Shown piece after piece: positions 12,006-24,043 of a DNA stretch of 64,000 bases. Position numbers and translations under genes: made by a program. Source of the stretch: Oscillospiraceae bacterium (GTDB taxonomy: Bacteria > Bacillota > Clostridia > Oscillospirales > CAG-382); contig SVQU01000006.1 of the NCBI GenBank assembly GCA_015065165.1, forward strand, positions 10,081 through 74,080, written 5' to 3'. The notes under the pieces are model-generated. The model saw only the letters and a list, made by a program, of their open reading frames with translations. It did no database searches and was not told the DNA's origin. Numbering within the stretch: position 1 is the first letter of the stretch; each line of letters starts with the position of its first letter.

Positions 12006-13490
12006 TTAATTATGGAAAAGTTTTTTAGATTGATATTGAGGCTCGCAGGTTAGGTTGATACCTAAACGCTTAAGCAGTTTTTCATCAACGTGCGAAAGAA
12101 TTACCGTAGAATGCATTTCGCTGCCCGCAAGCTTTTTAAGCTGGTCCAATGCAAGGCGTGCGTTAGGGTCTGTGCTTGCACAAACCGAAAGAGCGATAAG
12201 AATTTCATCGGTATGTAATCTGGGGTTTTGGTTACCCAAATGCTGTATTTTAAGCTCTTGGATAGGCTCGAATACCTCAGGGGATATAAGATAAATACTT
12301 TCATCAATACCCGCAAGCTTCTTTAGCGCATTCAACAGCATCGCACTGGAAGCGCCCAAAAGCGCGCCTGTTTTACCTGTGATTATAGTTCCGTCGGGTA
12401 ATTCTATTGCCGCCGCAGGCTCGTTGGTTTCCTTCGACCTATTCTGCGCCGCCGCAACAACCGCGCGGTCATCAACACTTATATCACACTGATTCATAAG
12501 AATTTCAAGCTTACGAACCGCCTCGTCCTCGCCCATTCCCTTACGTTGCTGACACAAAGCCTCGTAATAACGGCGGATAATTTCCTGCTTTGCGGCATCA
12601 CGGCACACTTCGTCATCGCAAATGGCGTTGCCTGCCATATTTACGCCCATATCGGTGGGCGATTTATAAGGAGATTCACCGTAAATACTGTTGAACATAG
12701 CGTTCAGCACAGGGAAAATTTCCACGTCGCGGTTATAGTTGACGGTTTGAACGCCATACGCCGCCAAGTGGTAAGGATCGATACAGTTAGAATCGTCCAA
12801 ATCGGCAGTAGCTGCCTCGTAAGCAATATTAACGGGGTGATTAAGAGGCAAATTCCAGATAGGAAAGGTTTCGAACTTTGCATAACCCGCTTTTATACCA
12901 CGTTTATGGTCATGATAAAGCTGAGAAAGGCAGGTTGCCATTTTGCCGCTACCGGGACCGGGGGCGGTTATAACAGCCAGTTTACGCTGGGTTTGGATAT
13001 ATTCGTTCTTACCAAAGCCCAAATCGCTTACTATATGCTTTACGTTAGAGGGATACCCCTCGATATTATAGTGCTTATACGTGGTAATACCAAGCTTTTT
13101 AAGCCTTTTCTTAAAGGCAACGACAGAGGGTTGGTTATTATATTGAGTGAGAACAACGCTTCCCACAAACAAACCGCAGGAACGGAAAGCGTCGATAAGA
13201 CGCAAAACGTCCTGATCATAGGTTATACCCAAATCGCCGCGAACCTTGTTCTTTTCGATATCCTTACTGTTAATGACGATAACTATTTCTGCCTCATCCT
13301 TAAGTGCAGTAAGCATTTCGATTTTGATGCTCGGTTTGAACCCGGGAAGAACGCGTGAGGCGTGATAATCGTCAAACAATTTTCCGCCGAATTCAAGATA
13401 GAGCTTACCACCAAATTGATGGATACGCTCACGGATATGACGGGTTTGTAATTCCACGTATTTTTCACAATCAAAGCCTTGTTTTCTCAT
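12006..13490 (-). CDS. DUF1846 (UPF0371) family protein
   Basis: KLYLEFGGKLFDDYHASRVLPGF, APGPGSGKMATC; start refined to ATG 13490 just after the HAD stop. Confidence 0.9.
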   Translation of the reverse strand: MRKQGFDCEKYVELQTRHIRERIHQFGGKLYLEFGGKLFDDYHASRVLPGFKPSIKIEMLTALKDEAEIVIVINSKDIEKNKVRGDLGITYDQDVLRLIDAFRSCGLFVGSVVLTQYNNQPSVVAFKKRLKKLGITTYKHYNIEGYPSNVKHIVSDLGFGKNEYIQTQRKLAVITAPGPGSGKMATCLSQLYHDHKRGIKAGYAKFETFPIWNLPLNHPVNIAYEAATADLDDSNCIDPYHLAAYGVQTVNYNRDVEIFPVLNAMFNSIYGESPYKSPTDMGVNMAGNAICDDEVCRDAAKQEIIRRYYEALCQQRKGMGEDEAVRKLEILMNQCDISVDDRAVVAAAQNRSKETNEPAAAIELPDGTIITGKTGALLGASSAMLLNALKKLAGIDESIYLISPEVFEPIQELKIQHLGNQNPRLHTDEILIALSVCASTDPNARLALDQLKKLAGSEMHSTVILSHVDEKLLKRLGINLTCEPQYQSKKLFHN

Positions 13491-13492
13491 AA

Positions 13493-14152
13493 CTACACCC
13501 CTGTGGTGGATAAATCCTTTATAATGTATTCCGCAAGTGCCGGAAAGGAGTTTAATATCTTTCTGCCCGAACTGTTCAAAGCCCTTTCGCTTTGATGTCC
13601 CACAGAAAGCAACACGCAATTCGCGCCTACTGCTTCGGCAACCTCGCTATCGTGGACCATATCGCCTACGAACAAGCATTTTTGCGGAGAAATATTGTTT
13701 GTTTTAACGTAATTCAAGGTACGCTCTACCTTACTGCCCACGTGGCAATCATCAGAGCCGAGAACCGCCGTGAAATGTCGGGATATGCCCAGTTTTTCCA
13801 GATAAGGTCTTATCAAAGCGTTTTTGTTGGAAGAAAATATGTATTGCTTAACGCCCATTTGGGAAAGCCTTTGAAGCGTTTCCTTTGCACCGTTATTTAA
13901 CGGAGATTCGCCGAGGTGAAAATCGTAAAAACGATTAAACTCAACGGATAAATCATTTATATTTTCTTTAGAAACATCCATAACCTTTTCGTAAAACTTA
14001 ATTATGGGAATATCTATATAATCACGGTATTGCTCGAAGGTTATTGATGGCAGATTTCTTGTTGCCAACATATCTAAAACAGCAAGATAGGACGCGTATG
14101 CATCGTCAAGCAACGTGCCGTTCCAATCCCAAAAAACGTGCGTTAAATTCAT
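13493..14152 (-). CDS. HAD family hydrolase (phosphoglycolate-phosphatase-like)
   Basis: WDWNGTLLD motif I, VGDMVHD motif IV. Confidence 0.9.
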   Translation of the reverse strand: MNLTHVFWDWNGTLLDDAYASYLAVLDMLATRNLPSITFEQYRDYIDIPIIKFYEKVMDVSKENINDLSVEFNRFYDFHLGESPLNNGAKETLQRLSQMGVKQYIFSSNKNALIRPYLEKLGISRHFTAVLGSDDCHVGSKVERTLNYVKTNNISPQKCLFVGDMVHDSEVAEAVGANCVLLSVGHQSERALNSSGRKILNSFPALAEYIIKDLSTTGV

Positions 14153-14306
14153 ATCAATCTCCTATTCGAGCATTTTAACATATTTTACATATTTTTTCAA
14201 CACTTTTATGCATTCAAAACACACAATTTTTTAACAAATTTTACCCGAAAGCTCTGAAAAGTTAAAACGTCCTGCAAAAAGCAGGACGTTTCGTTATTAC
14301 GTTTCT

Positions 14307-14594
14307 TTATTCTTTTTTCAGTGCGCGGTCCAACCAAATTGTACCGATATCAAACGCATCGAAGAAACTGCTCTTTTCGCACTGCTTAACTACTTTTTCG
14401 TTGAAAGAAATTTCGTCGTCGGTGTTTTGAATCTGAACCAAAACCTTTGTTGCAACCTCAAGATCGCCGATTTTCTTAGTATCCAGAATATTCATAAACA
14501 AAATGAATTTATCATCGGGATTACCATAGAAAACGAAGCGGCCCTGACGAACAAGAGGCTTGCCTTTATACATCAGTGTCTTTATTTCACCCAT
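14307..14594 (-). CDS. Hypothetical protein downstream of the IreB gene
   Basis: Clean ORF with RBS, operonic. Confidence 0.7.
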   Translation of the reverse strand: MGEIKTLMYKGKPLVRQGRFVFYGNPDDKFILFMNILDTKKIGDLEVATKVLVQIQNTDDEISFNEKVVKQCEKSSFFDAFDIGTIWLDRALKKE

Positions 14595-14600
14595 GGGAAA

Positions 14601-14897
14601 TCAACCTTTCTGTTTGCTGTCGACGTGGATGAAATCCTCTACGAGAATACGCAGAAGCTCATCGCGGTCGATTTTGGAAATTATTGCGCGAGAGTTGTTG
14701 TAGTTTGTGATATACGTAGGATCTTCGGAAATGATATAACCAACAATTTGGTTTATGGGGTTATATCCTTTCTCAACAAGGGAATCGTACACCGTTTGAA
14801 GCTGTACGCGCAATGACTCCTTATTTTGTTCTTTAACCGAGAACATTATAGTTTTTTGCTTTTTATCCACCGGTTTCTTTTTATCCTGCATTTTCAA
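14601..14897 (-). CDS. IreB/ReoM (UPF0297) regulatory phosphoprotein
   Basis: EKGYNPINQIVGYIISEDPTYIT...IDRDELL. Confidence 0.92.
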   Translation of the reverse strand: MKMQDKKKPVDKKQKTIMFSVKEQNKESLRVQLQTVYDSLVEKGYNPINQIVGYIISEDPTYITNYNNSRAIISKIDRDELLRILVEDFIHVDSKQKG

Positions 14898-14986
14898 CCC
14901 TCCTTAATAGTCTTAACAAAAGTTGTTCTTTTATTATACACCAAACTTTTGTTCTTTGCAAGAGTTTTTTAACATTTTAAAGCATT

Positions 14987-17371
14987 TTAAGAGCGAAGCA
15001 CTATTCCCTGCTCTTTTTCGAGCTTTTTCAATATTTTATTTACGCCTGCATCGGCATCTTCATCGGTCATAGTTTTATCCGCAAGACGGAACACCAATCT
15101 TACCGCAACGCTCTTTTTGCCTTCTTCAACGCCCTTACCGCTGTATACATCGAAAACAGAAGCGCTTTCGAGAGATTTGTTTGCATAAGAACGAATATCT
15201 GCCAAAAGCTTTGCCGCTTCGTGATTTTTATCGCAGATAAGCGCGATATCACGCTCCATAGCGGGATATACGGGAAGCGGGATATAGCTTCTTTCGGTTT
15301 TAACCGAACCCAAAAGTGCTTCGGTATAAACCATTGCCGCACACACACCGCGAGGTAAATCAAAGTTTTCGCAAACGAGAGGATGGATTTCGCCGATTCT
15401 GCCCACAACGGTTTCACCAACAAAAATATCGGCGCAACGACCGGGGTGGAAGGAAGGATCATCCGAAACAGCAACGTAGTTTCTTGCACAAATATTCAAT
15501 CTGATAAACAATGCTTCTGCATCGGCTTTGATATCATAAAATCCGCCGCAATCGGGGGTGAAGGCAAAGCAAAGTGTTTTTGTTTCATCCGAAAGGTCGC
15601 CGTTACGACGGTAGATTGTCATAATTTCGGACATACGGCATTTTTCAACCTTACGGTTTACGTTGCGAGACAATACCTCCAACATAGAGGGCAACGGATG
15701 AGTACGCATTACCGAGGTATCCTCACCGAGAGGATTGATAAGGCGGATATAATCGCGAAGGTCGCTATCCTCGGGGAGGTTAATTTTATCAACTGCGTTA
15801 GGCGAAACGAAGGAATAGGTACAGCATTCGCAATAGCCCAAGCCCGCCATTGCATCGTTAATGCGGTAACGGAACGCCTCGTGGGGTGTTCTGCCGCCCA
15901 AATCCGCTGCGCCACGGAACATTGTAGGTTCGATATTATCAAAACCGTACAAACGAACAACCTCTTCGGCAATATCGGCGGTATTGATGATATCGCTTCT
16001 GTAAGGAGGTACGGAAAGACCGCCCTTACCGTCGGCGATAAGTTCTACCGACGCAAGAATTTTATCCATTTCCTCGTTGGAAATATCAGTACCCAAAAGT
16101 GCATTAATCTTTTCGGGGTTATAAGCAACGGTACGTTGGGAAATATCGGCATAATTAACGTCGATAATACCCTCCACAATTTCACCGCATCCCAAAAGGG
16201 TAACCAATTCTGCCGCGCGGTCTACTGCGGGAAGAGTATTGCACGCGGGCAAGCCCTTTTCAAATTTTGCCGAGCTATCTGTACGCAAGCCGACAGATTT
16301 TGAGGTCTTACGGATATTTTCTCTGGCGAAGTTTGCGCTTTCAAACACAACGGTGGTTGTATTTTCGGTGATTTCGCTGTTTTCACCGCCCATTACGCCA
16401 GCCAAAGCAACTGCACGGCTACCGTCGGCAATAACGAGCATATCCGAAGTTAAGTTACGTTCAACACCGTCCAACGTAACGATGGTTTCGCCCTCGTTAG
16501 CGTTACGAACGTTGATTTCACGGCTCTTGATATATTCATAGTCAAAAGCGTGCATAGGTTGACCGTATTCCAACATAACGAAGTTGGTGATGTCAACGAT
16601 ATTATTGATAGGTCTTACACCTGCGGCGCGAAGCTTTGCTCTGAGCCAAAGGGGCGAAGGGCCGATTTTAACGTTTTTAACAACCCTTGCGGTATAGCGG
16701 GGGCAAAGCTCTTTGTTATGAATATTTACACTGATATAATCGCTTGCCTTTTTATCTGACGCAATTTCAGTAACCTTGGGTTGAGGAATATTTACCTTTG
16801 TACCAAAGGTTGCCGCAACTTCGCGGGCGATACCTATATAAGAAAGGCAGTCGGGGCGGTTAAAAGTAAGTTCAAATTCAACAACAGTGTCGTTAATCTT
16901 GCATACTTCTTTAATATCGTCGCCCAGATTACATTCTTCCTGAAGGACAAAGATACCATCTTCGATTGCATAAGGAAAGTCATTTACGGAAAGACCGAGC
17001 TCGCCGAGAGAGCAAAGCATACCCTGAGAGGGAACTCCGCGGAGTTTACCGTTTTTAATAGTCTTTCCTCCGGGGAGCTTTGCGCCGTCAAGACAAACGG
17101 GAACAACATCCCCTGCCTTTATGTTCTGAGCACCGGTAACTATTTGCAATTTTTCTTCTTTGCCAACATCAACCTGACAAATTATAAGGTGGTCGGAATC
17201 GGGATGAGGTTCGGTTGACATAATTTTACCAACCACAACCTTTTCTATATCAGAACCGGTGATGCTATAGCCTTCTACCTTTGTACCTGTCATAGTCATG
17301 GCTTCGCAGAACTCTTTTATATCATCAGGCACGTTTACATAATCTTTTAACCAATTAAGTGATACTTCCAT
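14987..17371 (-). CDS. pheT: Phenylalanine-tRNA ligase beta subunit
   Basis: tRNA-binding domain, NRPDCLS, RPINNIVDITN, YGQPMHAFD, FDX-ACB tail. Confidence 0.98.
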   Translation of the reverse strand: MEVSLNWLKDYVNVPDDIKEFCEAMTMTGTKVEGYSITGSDIEKVVVGKIMSTEPHPDSDHLIICQVDVGKEEKLQIVTGAQNIKAGDVVPVCLDGAKLPGGKTIKNGKLRGVPSQGMLCSLGELGLSVNDFPYAIEDGIFVLQEECNLGDDIKEVCKINDTVVEFELTFNRPDCLSYIGIAREVAATFGTKVNIPQPKVTEIASDKKASDYISVNIHNKELCPRYTARVVKNVKIGPSPLWLRAKLRAAGVRPINNIVDITNFVMLEYGQPMHAFDYEYIKSREINVRNANEGETIVTLDGVERNLTSDMLVIADGSRAVALAGVMGGENSEITENTTTVVFESANFARENIRKTSKSVGLRTDSSAKFEKGLPACNTLPAVDRAAELVTLLGCGEIVEGIIDVNYADISQRTVAYNPEKINALLGTDISNEEMDKILASVELIADGKGGLSVPPYRSDIINTADIAEEVVRLYGFDNIEPTMFRGAADLGGRTPHEAFRYRINDAMAGLGYCECCTYSFVSPNAVDKINLPEDSDLRDYIRLINPLGEDTSVMRTHPLPSMLEVLSRNVNRKVEKCRMSEIMTIYRRNGDLSDETKTLCFAFTPDCGGFYDIKADAEALFIRLNICARNYVAVSDDPSFHPGRCADIFVGETVVGRIGEIHPLVCENFDLPRGVCAAMVYTEALLGSVKTERSYIPLPVYPAMERDIALICDKNHEAAKLLADIRSYANKSLESASVFDVYSGKGVEEGKKSVAVRLVFRLADKTMTDEDADAGVNKILKKLEKEQGIVLRS

Positions 17372-17392
17372 TTTATTTCTCCTTCCTGATGA

Positions 17393-18406
17393 TTAAAACT
17401 GTTTAAGGAAACGGGCATCGTTTTCATACATAAGACGGAGGTCATCGATACCCGACATAACCATTGCTACACGTTCTACGCCCATACCGAAGGCGAAGCC
17501 TGTGTAAACGTCGGGGTCTATACCGCCTGCGCGCAATACCTCGGGATGAACCATACCCGAACCGAGAATTTCCATCCATCCTTCGCCTTTACACAAACGG
17601 CAGCCCTTGCCGCCGCAAACAAAGCAGGAAACGTCAACCTCGGCAGAGGGCTCGGTAAAGGGGAAATTGTGGGGGCGGAAGCGTGTTTTTGTTTCGGGGC
17701 CGAACATTGTTTTCGCAAACTGAGAAAGAATACCCTTGAGGTCGCCCATTGTAATGCCTTTATCTACAACAAGGCCTTCCAACTGGTGGAACATAGGCGA
17801 GTGGGATGCATCTGCAACGTCGCTTCTGTAAACTCTGCCGGGAGAGATTATACGTATGGGAGGTGTGGCATTTCTCATAGCGCGAATCTGCACGGGAGAG
17901 GTTTGGGTACGAAGCAAAGTGTTTTCGGTGATATAAAAGGTATCCTGAAAATCACGGGAGGGGTGGTCGGCAGGCGCGTTAAGTGCATCGAAGTTGTTAT
18001 AAACCGTTTCAACCTCGGGACCTTCGGCAACCGAGAAGCCCATATCTATAAAGATTTCTGTCATACGCTCCATAGCGCGAGTTATAGGGTGGATATGTCC
18101 CGCTTTGGGGGCGATGGCATCGTAAGTAACGTCGAGCTTTTCTGCCGCCAAACTGTTGGCGAGAGCGATTTTCTTAAGCTCTGCGCCGCGTTTTTCAAGG
18201 GCGGATTCGATGCAATTTCTAACCTCGTTGGCAACTGCACCGATAACGGGGCGTTCCTCGGCAGAAAGACTGCCCATACCACGTAAAATCGCGGTAAGCT
18301 CGCCTTTTTTACCCAAATATTTTATTCTTATTTCTTCCAAAGAAGTATCTGCCGCTTGGATTTCCGCAATTGCGGCAGACCTAATTTGTTCCAACTGCTG
18401 TTTCAT
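17393..18406 (-). CDS. pheS: Phenylalanine-tRNA ligase alpha subunit
   Basis: HPSRD, LRTQTSPVQ, FPFTEPS, GFAFGMGVER. Confidence 0.99.
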   Translation of the reverse strand: MKQQLEQIRSAAIAEIQAADTSLEEIRIKYLGKKGELTAILRGMGSLSAEERPVIGAVANEVRNCIESALEKRGAELKKIALANSLAAEKLDVTYDAIAPKAGHIHPITRAMERMTEIFIDMGFSVAEGPEVETVYNNFDALNAPADHPSRDFQDTFYITENTLLRTQTSPVQIRAMRNATPPIRIISPGRVYRSDVADASHSPMFHQLEGLVVDKGITMGDLKGILSQFAKTMFGPETKTRFRPHNFPFTEPSAEVDVSCFVCGGKGCRLCKGEGWMEILGSGMVHPEVLRAGGIDPDVYTGFAFGMGVERVAMVMSGIDDLRLMYENDARFLKQF

Positions 18407-18426
18407 TTATATTTGCCTTTCTTGGA

Positions 18427-19527
18427 TTATTCTAAGTAGTCTTTGAGCTTTTTGGATCTGCTGGGATGACGAAGCTTGCGCAACGCCTTTGCCTCGATCT
18501 GACGGATACGTTCACGGGTGATGTCAAACACCTTACCAACCTCTTCCAAGGTGCGGGGGCGTCCGTCCTCGAGACCGTAACGCAATTTCAAAACCGCTTC
18601 TTCACGGGGAGTAAGGGTGTGAAGAACCTCTAACAAATGCTCACGAAGCATTTGATAAGATGCGGCATCAGCAGGCGCGGGGGTGTTATCGTCGGCAATA
18701 AAATCGCCAAGGTGAGAATCCTCCTCTTCGCCTATAGGCATTTCCAGAGAAACGGGTTCTTGGGCGATTTTGAGAATATCACGAACCTTATCAACAGGCA
18801 TATCCATCGCCTTTGCGATTTCTTCATCAAGAGGGTCTCTTCCCTTTTCCTGAAGCAACTGTCTGGATACGCGGAGAACCTTATTGATAGTTTCAACCAT
18901 ATGAACGGGAATTCTTATTGTTCTTGCCTGATCGGCAATAGCGCGTGTAATCGCCTGACGAATCCACCAGGTTGCATAAGTAGAAAATTTAAAGCCTTTG
19001 CCGTAATCGAACTTTTCGGCAGCCTTCATCAAACCGAGGTTGCCCTCTTGAATAAGGTCGAGGAAGAACATACCTCTGTTTACGTATCTTTTTGCAATAC
19101 TTACAACAAGACGAAGGTTTGCTTCTACAAGCTGTTGCTTTGCATAAAGGTCGCCATGGGACATTCTGTTTGCGAGTTCGAGCTCTTTTTCTGCGGAAAG
19201 CAAGGGTACCTTACCGATTTCTTTAAGGTACATTCTAACGGGGTCATCGATTGAAACGCCCTCTTGTGTAAGAAGATTATCAACATCCTCGGGGCTTTCC
19301 TCAAATTCTTCCTCTATTTCGTCTTCGGGGATATCGAAAACGTCAGGTTCGGATTCAACGGCAACTTCTATACCGTTTCTTTCCAGTGCATCGCAGGTTT
19401 TTTCGAATTGTTCCAACGACAAATCGGTATCCGCCAAAGCGGTGAGTATGTCGACAACCTTAATGCTGCCCGACGCTTTAGCTTCTTCAATTTGTTTCTC
19501 GGTGAAAGCAGACAAATCCTTATCCAT
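18427..19527 (-). CDS. rpoD: RNA polymerase primary sigma factor
   Basis: [51 protein letters not shown]. Confidence 0.99.
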   Translation of the reverse strand: MDKDLSAFTEKQIEEAKASGSIKVVDILTALADTDLSLEQFEKTCDALERNGIEVAVESEPDVFDIPEDEIEEEFEESPEDVDNLLTQEGVSIDDPVRMYLKEIGKVPLLSAEKELELANRMSHGDLYAKQQLVEANLRLVVSIAKRYVNRGMFFLDLIQEGNLGLMKAAEKFDYGKGFKFSTYATWWIRQAITRAIADQARTIRIPVHMVETINKVLRVSRQLLQEKGRDPLDEEIAKAMDMPVDKVRDILKIAQEPVSLEMPIGEEEDSHLGDFIADDNTPAPADAASYQMLREHLLEVLHTLTPREEAVLKLRYGLEDGRPRTLEEVGKVFDITRERIRQIEAKALRKLRHPSRSKKLKDYLE

Positions 19528-21331
19528 TATTGTCCTCCTGTGTGTTTATATCTTTTTTCTTTTTTACTTTTCCTAAATATTCGTTAAGCGCGGACAGCGG
19601 GTCGGATTCGATTTTTTTATCAAACTCGTTACGCTCGCGCAGTTCCTTGAGGGCTTGTATATGTGAATTTAAAGCCGTTAAGGTTATATCTCCAAGCTGT
19701 AATCTCGAAGCACGGCAATTTTCCAAAGCGCCGATTTCACGGGAAGAAAGAACACCGTCCTTTGACAAAACAACCTCCCGCCCTGCGGCGAAATCGTCCT
19801 TAAACAGATTGAAAATCTTTTTGTTCAAAGCGGTGGCAAAATCATCCTCGGTAAGCTGTTTTACCGCCTCGGGACCGAAATCGCTTCTAACCAAAAGCAA
19901 GCCGAGAATTGCCTCCTCGTGGGATGCTTCCGAGGAAAAACGAAGCTTATCGGCGTTGACGTTCCCGCCGAAGCCGCTTTGCTCGCGCAGGGCATTACGC
20001 CCCTGCTCTTTTACCGCTTTACGTTCCTGACGGTTAAATTGCCGTTCGGCTTCGGTACGAACCGATTCCGCCGTTAAGCCAAGCTTTTCCGCGGCGCGGG
20101 ATGAATAGACCTCGCGCTCGGGGCGGGATGCAAGGGTTGCTATAAACGAAGTGATTTCCGAAACGGCACGAAGCTTGTCCTCGGCAACGGTAATATCATG
20201 TCTTGAAATAATTTCATCAATACGGTAATCAATTTGTCCCGAAGAACCCGTAAGCTTTGCGCGGAACGCCGCCGCGCCGAATTTTTTTATAAATTCGTCG
20301 GGGTCCTTAGCCTCTGTACCCAAATTGATTATTTTTGTATCTACACCAACTTGATTTAGCAGGTCGATACCCTTTAAAGTAGCACGTCTTCCCGCTTTAT
20401 CAATATCGTAGGCAAGATAAACCGTGCGGCAATATCTTGCGATTGTACGGGCATGCTCGGGGGTTATGGCTGTACCCAGAGTGGCAATAGCGTTATCGAA
20501 CCCTGCCTGGTGCATCGCTATGGCATCGGGTGCGCCTTCACACAACACGAAGGTTGCGGTTTCGGTATTTTTCGCAAAATTAAGACCGAAAAGTATACGG
20601 CTTTTTTTGAATATAGGAGTATCCGAAGTGTTTATATACTTACGTTCCTCCTCGTTATCGCTTAATCGTCTGCCACTGAAAGCCACAACCTCGCCGTTGG
20701 CATCGAAAACAGGAAACATTACGCGGTGTCTGAACAAATCGTAAAGTCTGCCGTTTTTACTTTCCCCACCGAGGAAAGCGGTTTTAATTTCCAAAGGCGT
20801 AAAGCCTTTTGACATCAGATATTCGCACAGCGGTGCTTTGCCAAAGGGAGCGTTGGGGGCATATCCTATGCCGAAACGTTTTATTGTGGTGGAAGTAAAC
20901 TGACGCTTTTCCAAATAAGAACGGGCAAAGGCGCCCTCTTGAGAAAGCAGGGATTTATAGAAGAAACGCGCCGCTTCGCGGTTGATTTCAAGCATCCTTT
21001 CCCGCCTTACGGTGGGTTCTTTGGATTTGTTTTCGTAGGTTTCTTCTATTTTAATACCTGCGCGCTTTGCCAAAAATTCGATAGCTTCGCGGTATTCTAA
21101 ATTTTCGGTTTGCATAACGAAGGTAACAACGTCGCCCCCTGCGCCGCAACCGAAGCAATAATAGCTTGAGGTAGCAGGAAACACCGTGAATGATGGGGTG
21201 CGTTCGCTATGAAAAGGACAGCGGCCAACAAGGTTCCCCCCTGCGCGTTTTAAGGTTACGGTTCTGCCGATAACCTCGTCTATACTGTTACGAAGCTTGA
21301 TTTCTTCTAAAAATTCTCGGGTATACGCCAC
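19520..21331 (-). CDS. dnaG: DNA primase
   Basis: CPFH...CFGC zinc finger, KYINT, Toprim DxDxAG, KDPDE. Confidence 0.98.
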   Translation of the reverse strand: MAYTREFLEEIKLRNSIDEVIGRTVTLKRAGGNLVGRCPFHSERTPSFTVFPATSSYYCFGCGAGGDVVTFVMQTENLEYREAIEFLAKRAGIKIEETYENKSKEPTVRRERMLEINREAARFFYKSLLSQEGAFARSYLEKRQFTSTTIKRFGIGYAPNAPFGKAPLCEYLMSKGFTPLEIKTAFLGGESKNGRLYDLFRHRVMFPVFDANGEVVAFSGRRLSDNEEERKYINTSDTPIFKKSRILFGLNFAKNTETATFVLCEGAPDAIAMHQAGFDNAIATLGTAITPEHARTIARYCRTVYLAYDIDKAGRRATLKGIDLLNQVGVDTKIINLGTEAKDPDEFIKKFGAAAFRAKLTGSSGQIDYRIDEIISRHDITVAEDKLRAVSEITSFIATLASRPEREVYSSRAAEKLGLTAESVRTEAERQFNRQERKAVKEQGRNALREQSGFGGNVNADKLRFSSEASHEEAILGLLLVRSDFGPEAVKQLTEDDFATALNKKIFNLFKDDFAAGREVVLSKDGVLSSREIGALENCRASRLQLGDITLTALNSHIQALKELRERNEFDKKIESDPLSALNEYLGKVKKKKDINTQEDNNG

Positions 21332-21376
21332 GGTAATTCCTCCTTTCGTTATTGTGTGTCATAATTTGTTGAAATT

Positions 21377-22384
21377 TTATTTATATTGCCAAACCTTTGG
21401 CACAAAAAGCTCGTTAAAGCAGCCCAGGGCATATCTATCGGTCATACCTGCAATAAAATCCGCCGCCGCGACACCGATACCGTCCCTCTCGGCATTTTTC
21501 AAATATTCCTTTGGGATGGCTTCGGGATGGGCGGAAAAATGCTCGTAAAGAAAGGTTATCATATTAAGAACCTTTCCGTCCTCGCTTTTGGCAATCTTGT
21601 TCATATAAACTCTGTCAAACATAAAATCTCGCAGTTCGTCCATAGCCTTTGCGTAAGGCTCTACAAGACCTATACCGTTTTCAACCCCGTGATTTACCGT
21701 TGCGGTAACAAGAGAGGTTATACGTTGGCTATGATTATCACCCAAAAGCTCGCTGATATGCTTTGGTATTTCCTTCACATCAAGGATACCTGCGCGGGAG
21801 GCATCGTCGATATCGTGGTTTATGTATGCAATTCTATCGGCGATTTTAATAATACGCCCCTCCAAAGTAGAAGCGGGCACCTCGCCGGTATGGCACAAAA
21901 TGGCATCGCGAACCTCGAAGGTAAGATTTAAGCCCTCGCCCTCTTTTTCGAGATAATCCACCACGCGAAGGCTTTGCTCGTTATGGCGGAAGCCTCCGGG
22001 AAGAAGATAGTTAAGTGCCCTCTCGCCCGAATGGCCAAAGGGTGTATGCCCCAAATCGTGGCCCAATGCCGATGCCTCGGTAAGGTCCTCGTTAAGCCTT
22101 AAAGCGCGGGCAATCGAACGGGCAATTTGTGCAACCTCTAAAGTATGAGTCAATCGAGTGCGGTAATGGTCCCCCTCGGGAGCGAGGAACACCTGCATTT
22201 TATGCATAAGACGGCGGAAGCTTTTTGAATGGATTATGCGATCTCTATCCCTTTGGAATTCGGTACGCACATTACATTCCTCAACAGGCTTTAGCCTGCC
22301 CTTTGTATCCTTTACGTGAAATGCCTGTTCACAAAGGAAAGCATCCTCAAACGCCAACGTTCCGTTTTTAATCATTACAACCAC
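21377..22384 (-). CDS. dgt: Deoxyguanosinetriphosphate triphosphohydrolase-like HD protein
   Basis: RDRDRIIHS, RTRLTHTLEV, HDLGHTPFGHSGE. Confidence 0.93.
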   Translation of the reverse strand: MVVMIKNGTLAFEDAFLCEQAFHVKDTKGRLKPVEECNVRTEFQRDRDRIIHSKSFRRLMHKMQVFLAPEGDHYRTRLTHTLEVAQIARSIARALRLNEDLTEASALGHDLGHTPFGHSGERALNYLLPGGFRHNEQSLRVVDYLEKEGEGLNLTFEVRDAILCHTGEVPASTLEGRIIKIADRIAYINHDIDDASRAGILDVKEIPKHISELLGDNHSQRITSLVTATVNHGVENGIGLVEPYAKAMDELRDFMFDRVYMNKIAKSEDGKVLNMITFLYEHFSAHPEAIPKEYLKNAERDGIGVAAADFIAGMTDRYALGCFNELFVPKVWQYK

Positions 22385-22505
22385 TCCAAAGCATTAAATT
22401 TCGCTTTTACAAACATATATACGCATAAAAAAACCGATTTTCTTTTTTTATTTCGAAAATTTTTATATTTTTTGTTAAATTTATTATTTGTTTTGGTTAA
22501 TTGGG

Positions 22506-22534
22506 TTGTCTTTACGGAAATTTAGTGATATAAT
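22506..22534 (+). promoter_or_regulatory. Sigma-A promoter TTGTCT-17-TATAAT
   Basis: Spacing 17 with extended -10; upstream of the 22569 operon. Confidence 0.65.
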
Positions 22535-22568
22535 GTAACTTGTATTATTATGAAATTAGGGAGGCAAT

Positions 22569-23438
22569 ATGTTTGGATATATCCGCCCCGTAAAGGGCGA
22601 GCTGTACGTTAAGGACAGTGAATTTTATTCGGCGATTTATTGCGGTCTTTGCAGGCACGGCGGAAAAAACATATCCCACCTTACCCGTTGGCTTTTAAAT
22701 TACGATTTCGTTTTATTGGCGTTGCTCAGAATGTCATTATCCGAAGAATCTGTATGCGTTGAGAAAAAGCGTTGTCCCTACAAGATAAAAAAATGCAAAT
22801 GCGCTCGTGCCGACGAAAGCTATTCTTTTGTTTGTTCGGCTTTCGGGTTGCTTACTTATCACAAGATTCTTGACGATATACGGGACGAAAAGGGATTTAA
22901 GCGAGCTTTAAAGAAAACTGTTTTACCTGTTTTTTCAAGAATTGCACGAAAATGCGATAGCTTTGTCGGTTTGAAGGAGATAATAGAACGCGGCATGTCC
23001 AAAACGTCGGAGGCGGAAAAGGAAAACTGCCCTTCTCCCGACAGGGCGGCGGACGGGTTTGCCGTTATGATGCGAGAAATTGCCGCCTATGGTGTTTCGG
23101 AGGAAAAGAAAGCCGTTGCAGAAAACTGCGGTTATCATATTGGGCGTTTCATTTATCTTGCAGATGCATTTGACGACCTTGAGCAGGACGAAAAAAGTGG
23201 AAACTACAACCCTTTTATCCTGCATTACGGCAGTGCAAAGGATGCGCTTTTGAAAAACGAAGAAATTAAAACAACGTTGTATGACAGTTTGAACGTATTT
23301 TCCAACTGTTATGCCCTTATTGCAAAAACACCCTTAAACGGTATTGACAGATTGATTTTCAACATAACCGAATTAGGCGGCAGAGATGCCGTGAGACGCA
23401 TTTGCGAAAGGAAGACCAAAAATGAACAATCCTTATGA
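22569..23438 (+). CDS. DUF5685-like protein
   Basis: MFGY start, [18 protein letters not shown]. Confidence 0.8.
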   Translation: MFGYIRPVKGELYVKDSEFYSAIYCGLCRHGGKNISHLTRWLLNYDFVLLALLRMSLSEESVCVEKKRCPYKIKKCKCARADESYSFVCSAFGLLTYHKILDDIRDEKGFKRALKKTVLPVFSRIARKCDSFVGLKEIIERGMSKTSEAEKENCPSPDRAADGFAVMMREIAAYGVSEEKKAVAENCGYHIGRFIYLADAFDDLEQDEKSGNYNPFILHYGSAKDALLKNEEIKTTLYDSLNVFSNCYALIAKTPLNGIDRLIFNITELGGRDAVRRICERKTKNEQSL

Positions 23439-24042
23439 AGTTCTCGGCGTTTCGGAAAACGCCACCGACGAAGAAATTAAAAAGGCTTATCGAAATTTAG
23501 CCAAGCAATATCACCCCGACAACTACGTTGACAACCCTCTTAAGGACCTTGCCGCAGAAAAGATGAAAGCTATTAACGAGGCTTATGACACCATTCAGAA
23601 GATGAGGGCGCAGGGCGGAAGCGGTAACAGCGGCAGAACGAATTACAATAACAACCAAAACCGCAACAACTATTACGGCGACAGCGGTTATGCAAGAGTG
23701 CGCCGTTTGATAAACGAAGGCAGAATCGGCGAAGCCGAAACCCTTTTGATGGGCATTAGCGACAGAAATGCGGAATGGCACTTTTTGATGAGCCTTATAT
23801 ATTACCGCAAGGGTTGGCTTCAGGATGCAAGAAACGAGATTAACATTGCTTGTCAGATGGACCCTTACAACAACGAATACCGGATGTTCCAGCAAAGAAT
23901 GAGCAGCGGCGCGTTTTCCAGCCCTTATGCAGGTATGAACACAAATACCGCAGGCTGTACGGGATGCGACGTTTGTCAAGGATTGATTTGCCTTAATTGC
24001 TGTTGTGAATGTATGGGCGGCGACTGTATACGCTGTTGCTGA
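23422..24042 (+). CDS. J-domain protein with TPR-like region and Cys-rich tail
   Basis: HPD motif, INEAY; C-terminal [14 protein letters not shown]. Confidence 0.88.
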   Translation: MNNPYEVLGVSENATDEEIKKAYRNLAKQYHPDNYVDNPLKDLAAEKMKAINEAYDTIQKMRAQGGSGNSGRTNYNNNQNRNNYYGDSGYARVRRLINEGRIGEAETLLMGISDRNAEWHFLMSLIYYRKGWLQDARNEINIACQMDPYNNEYRMFQQRMSSGAFSSPYAGMNTNTAGCTGCDVCQGLICLNCCCECMGGDCIRCC

Positions 24043-24043
24043 T

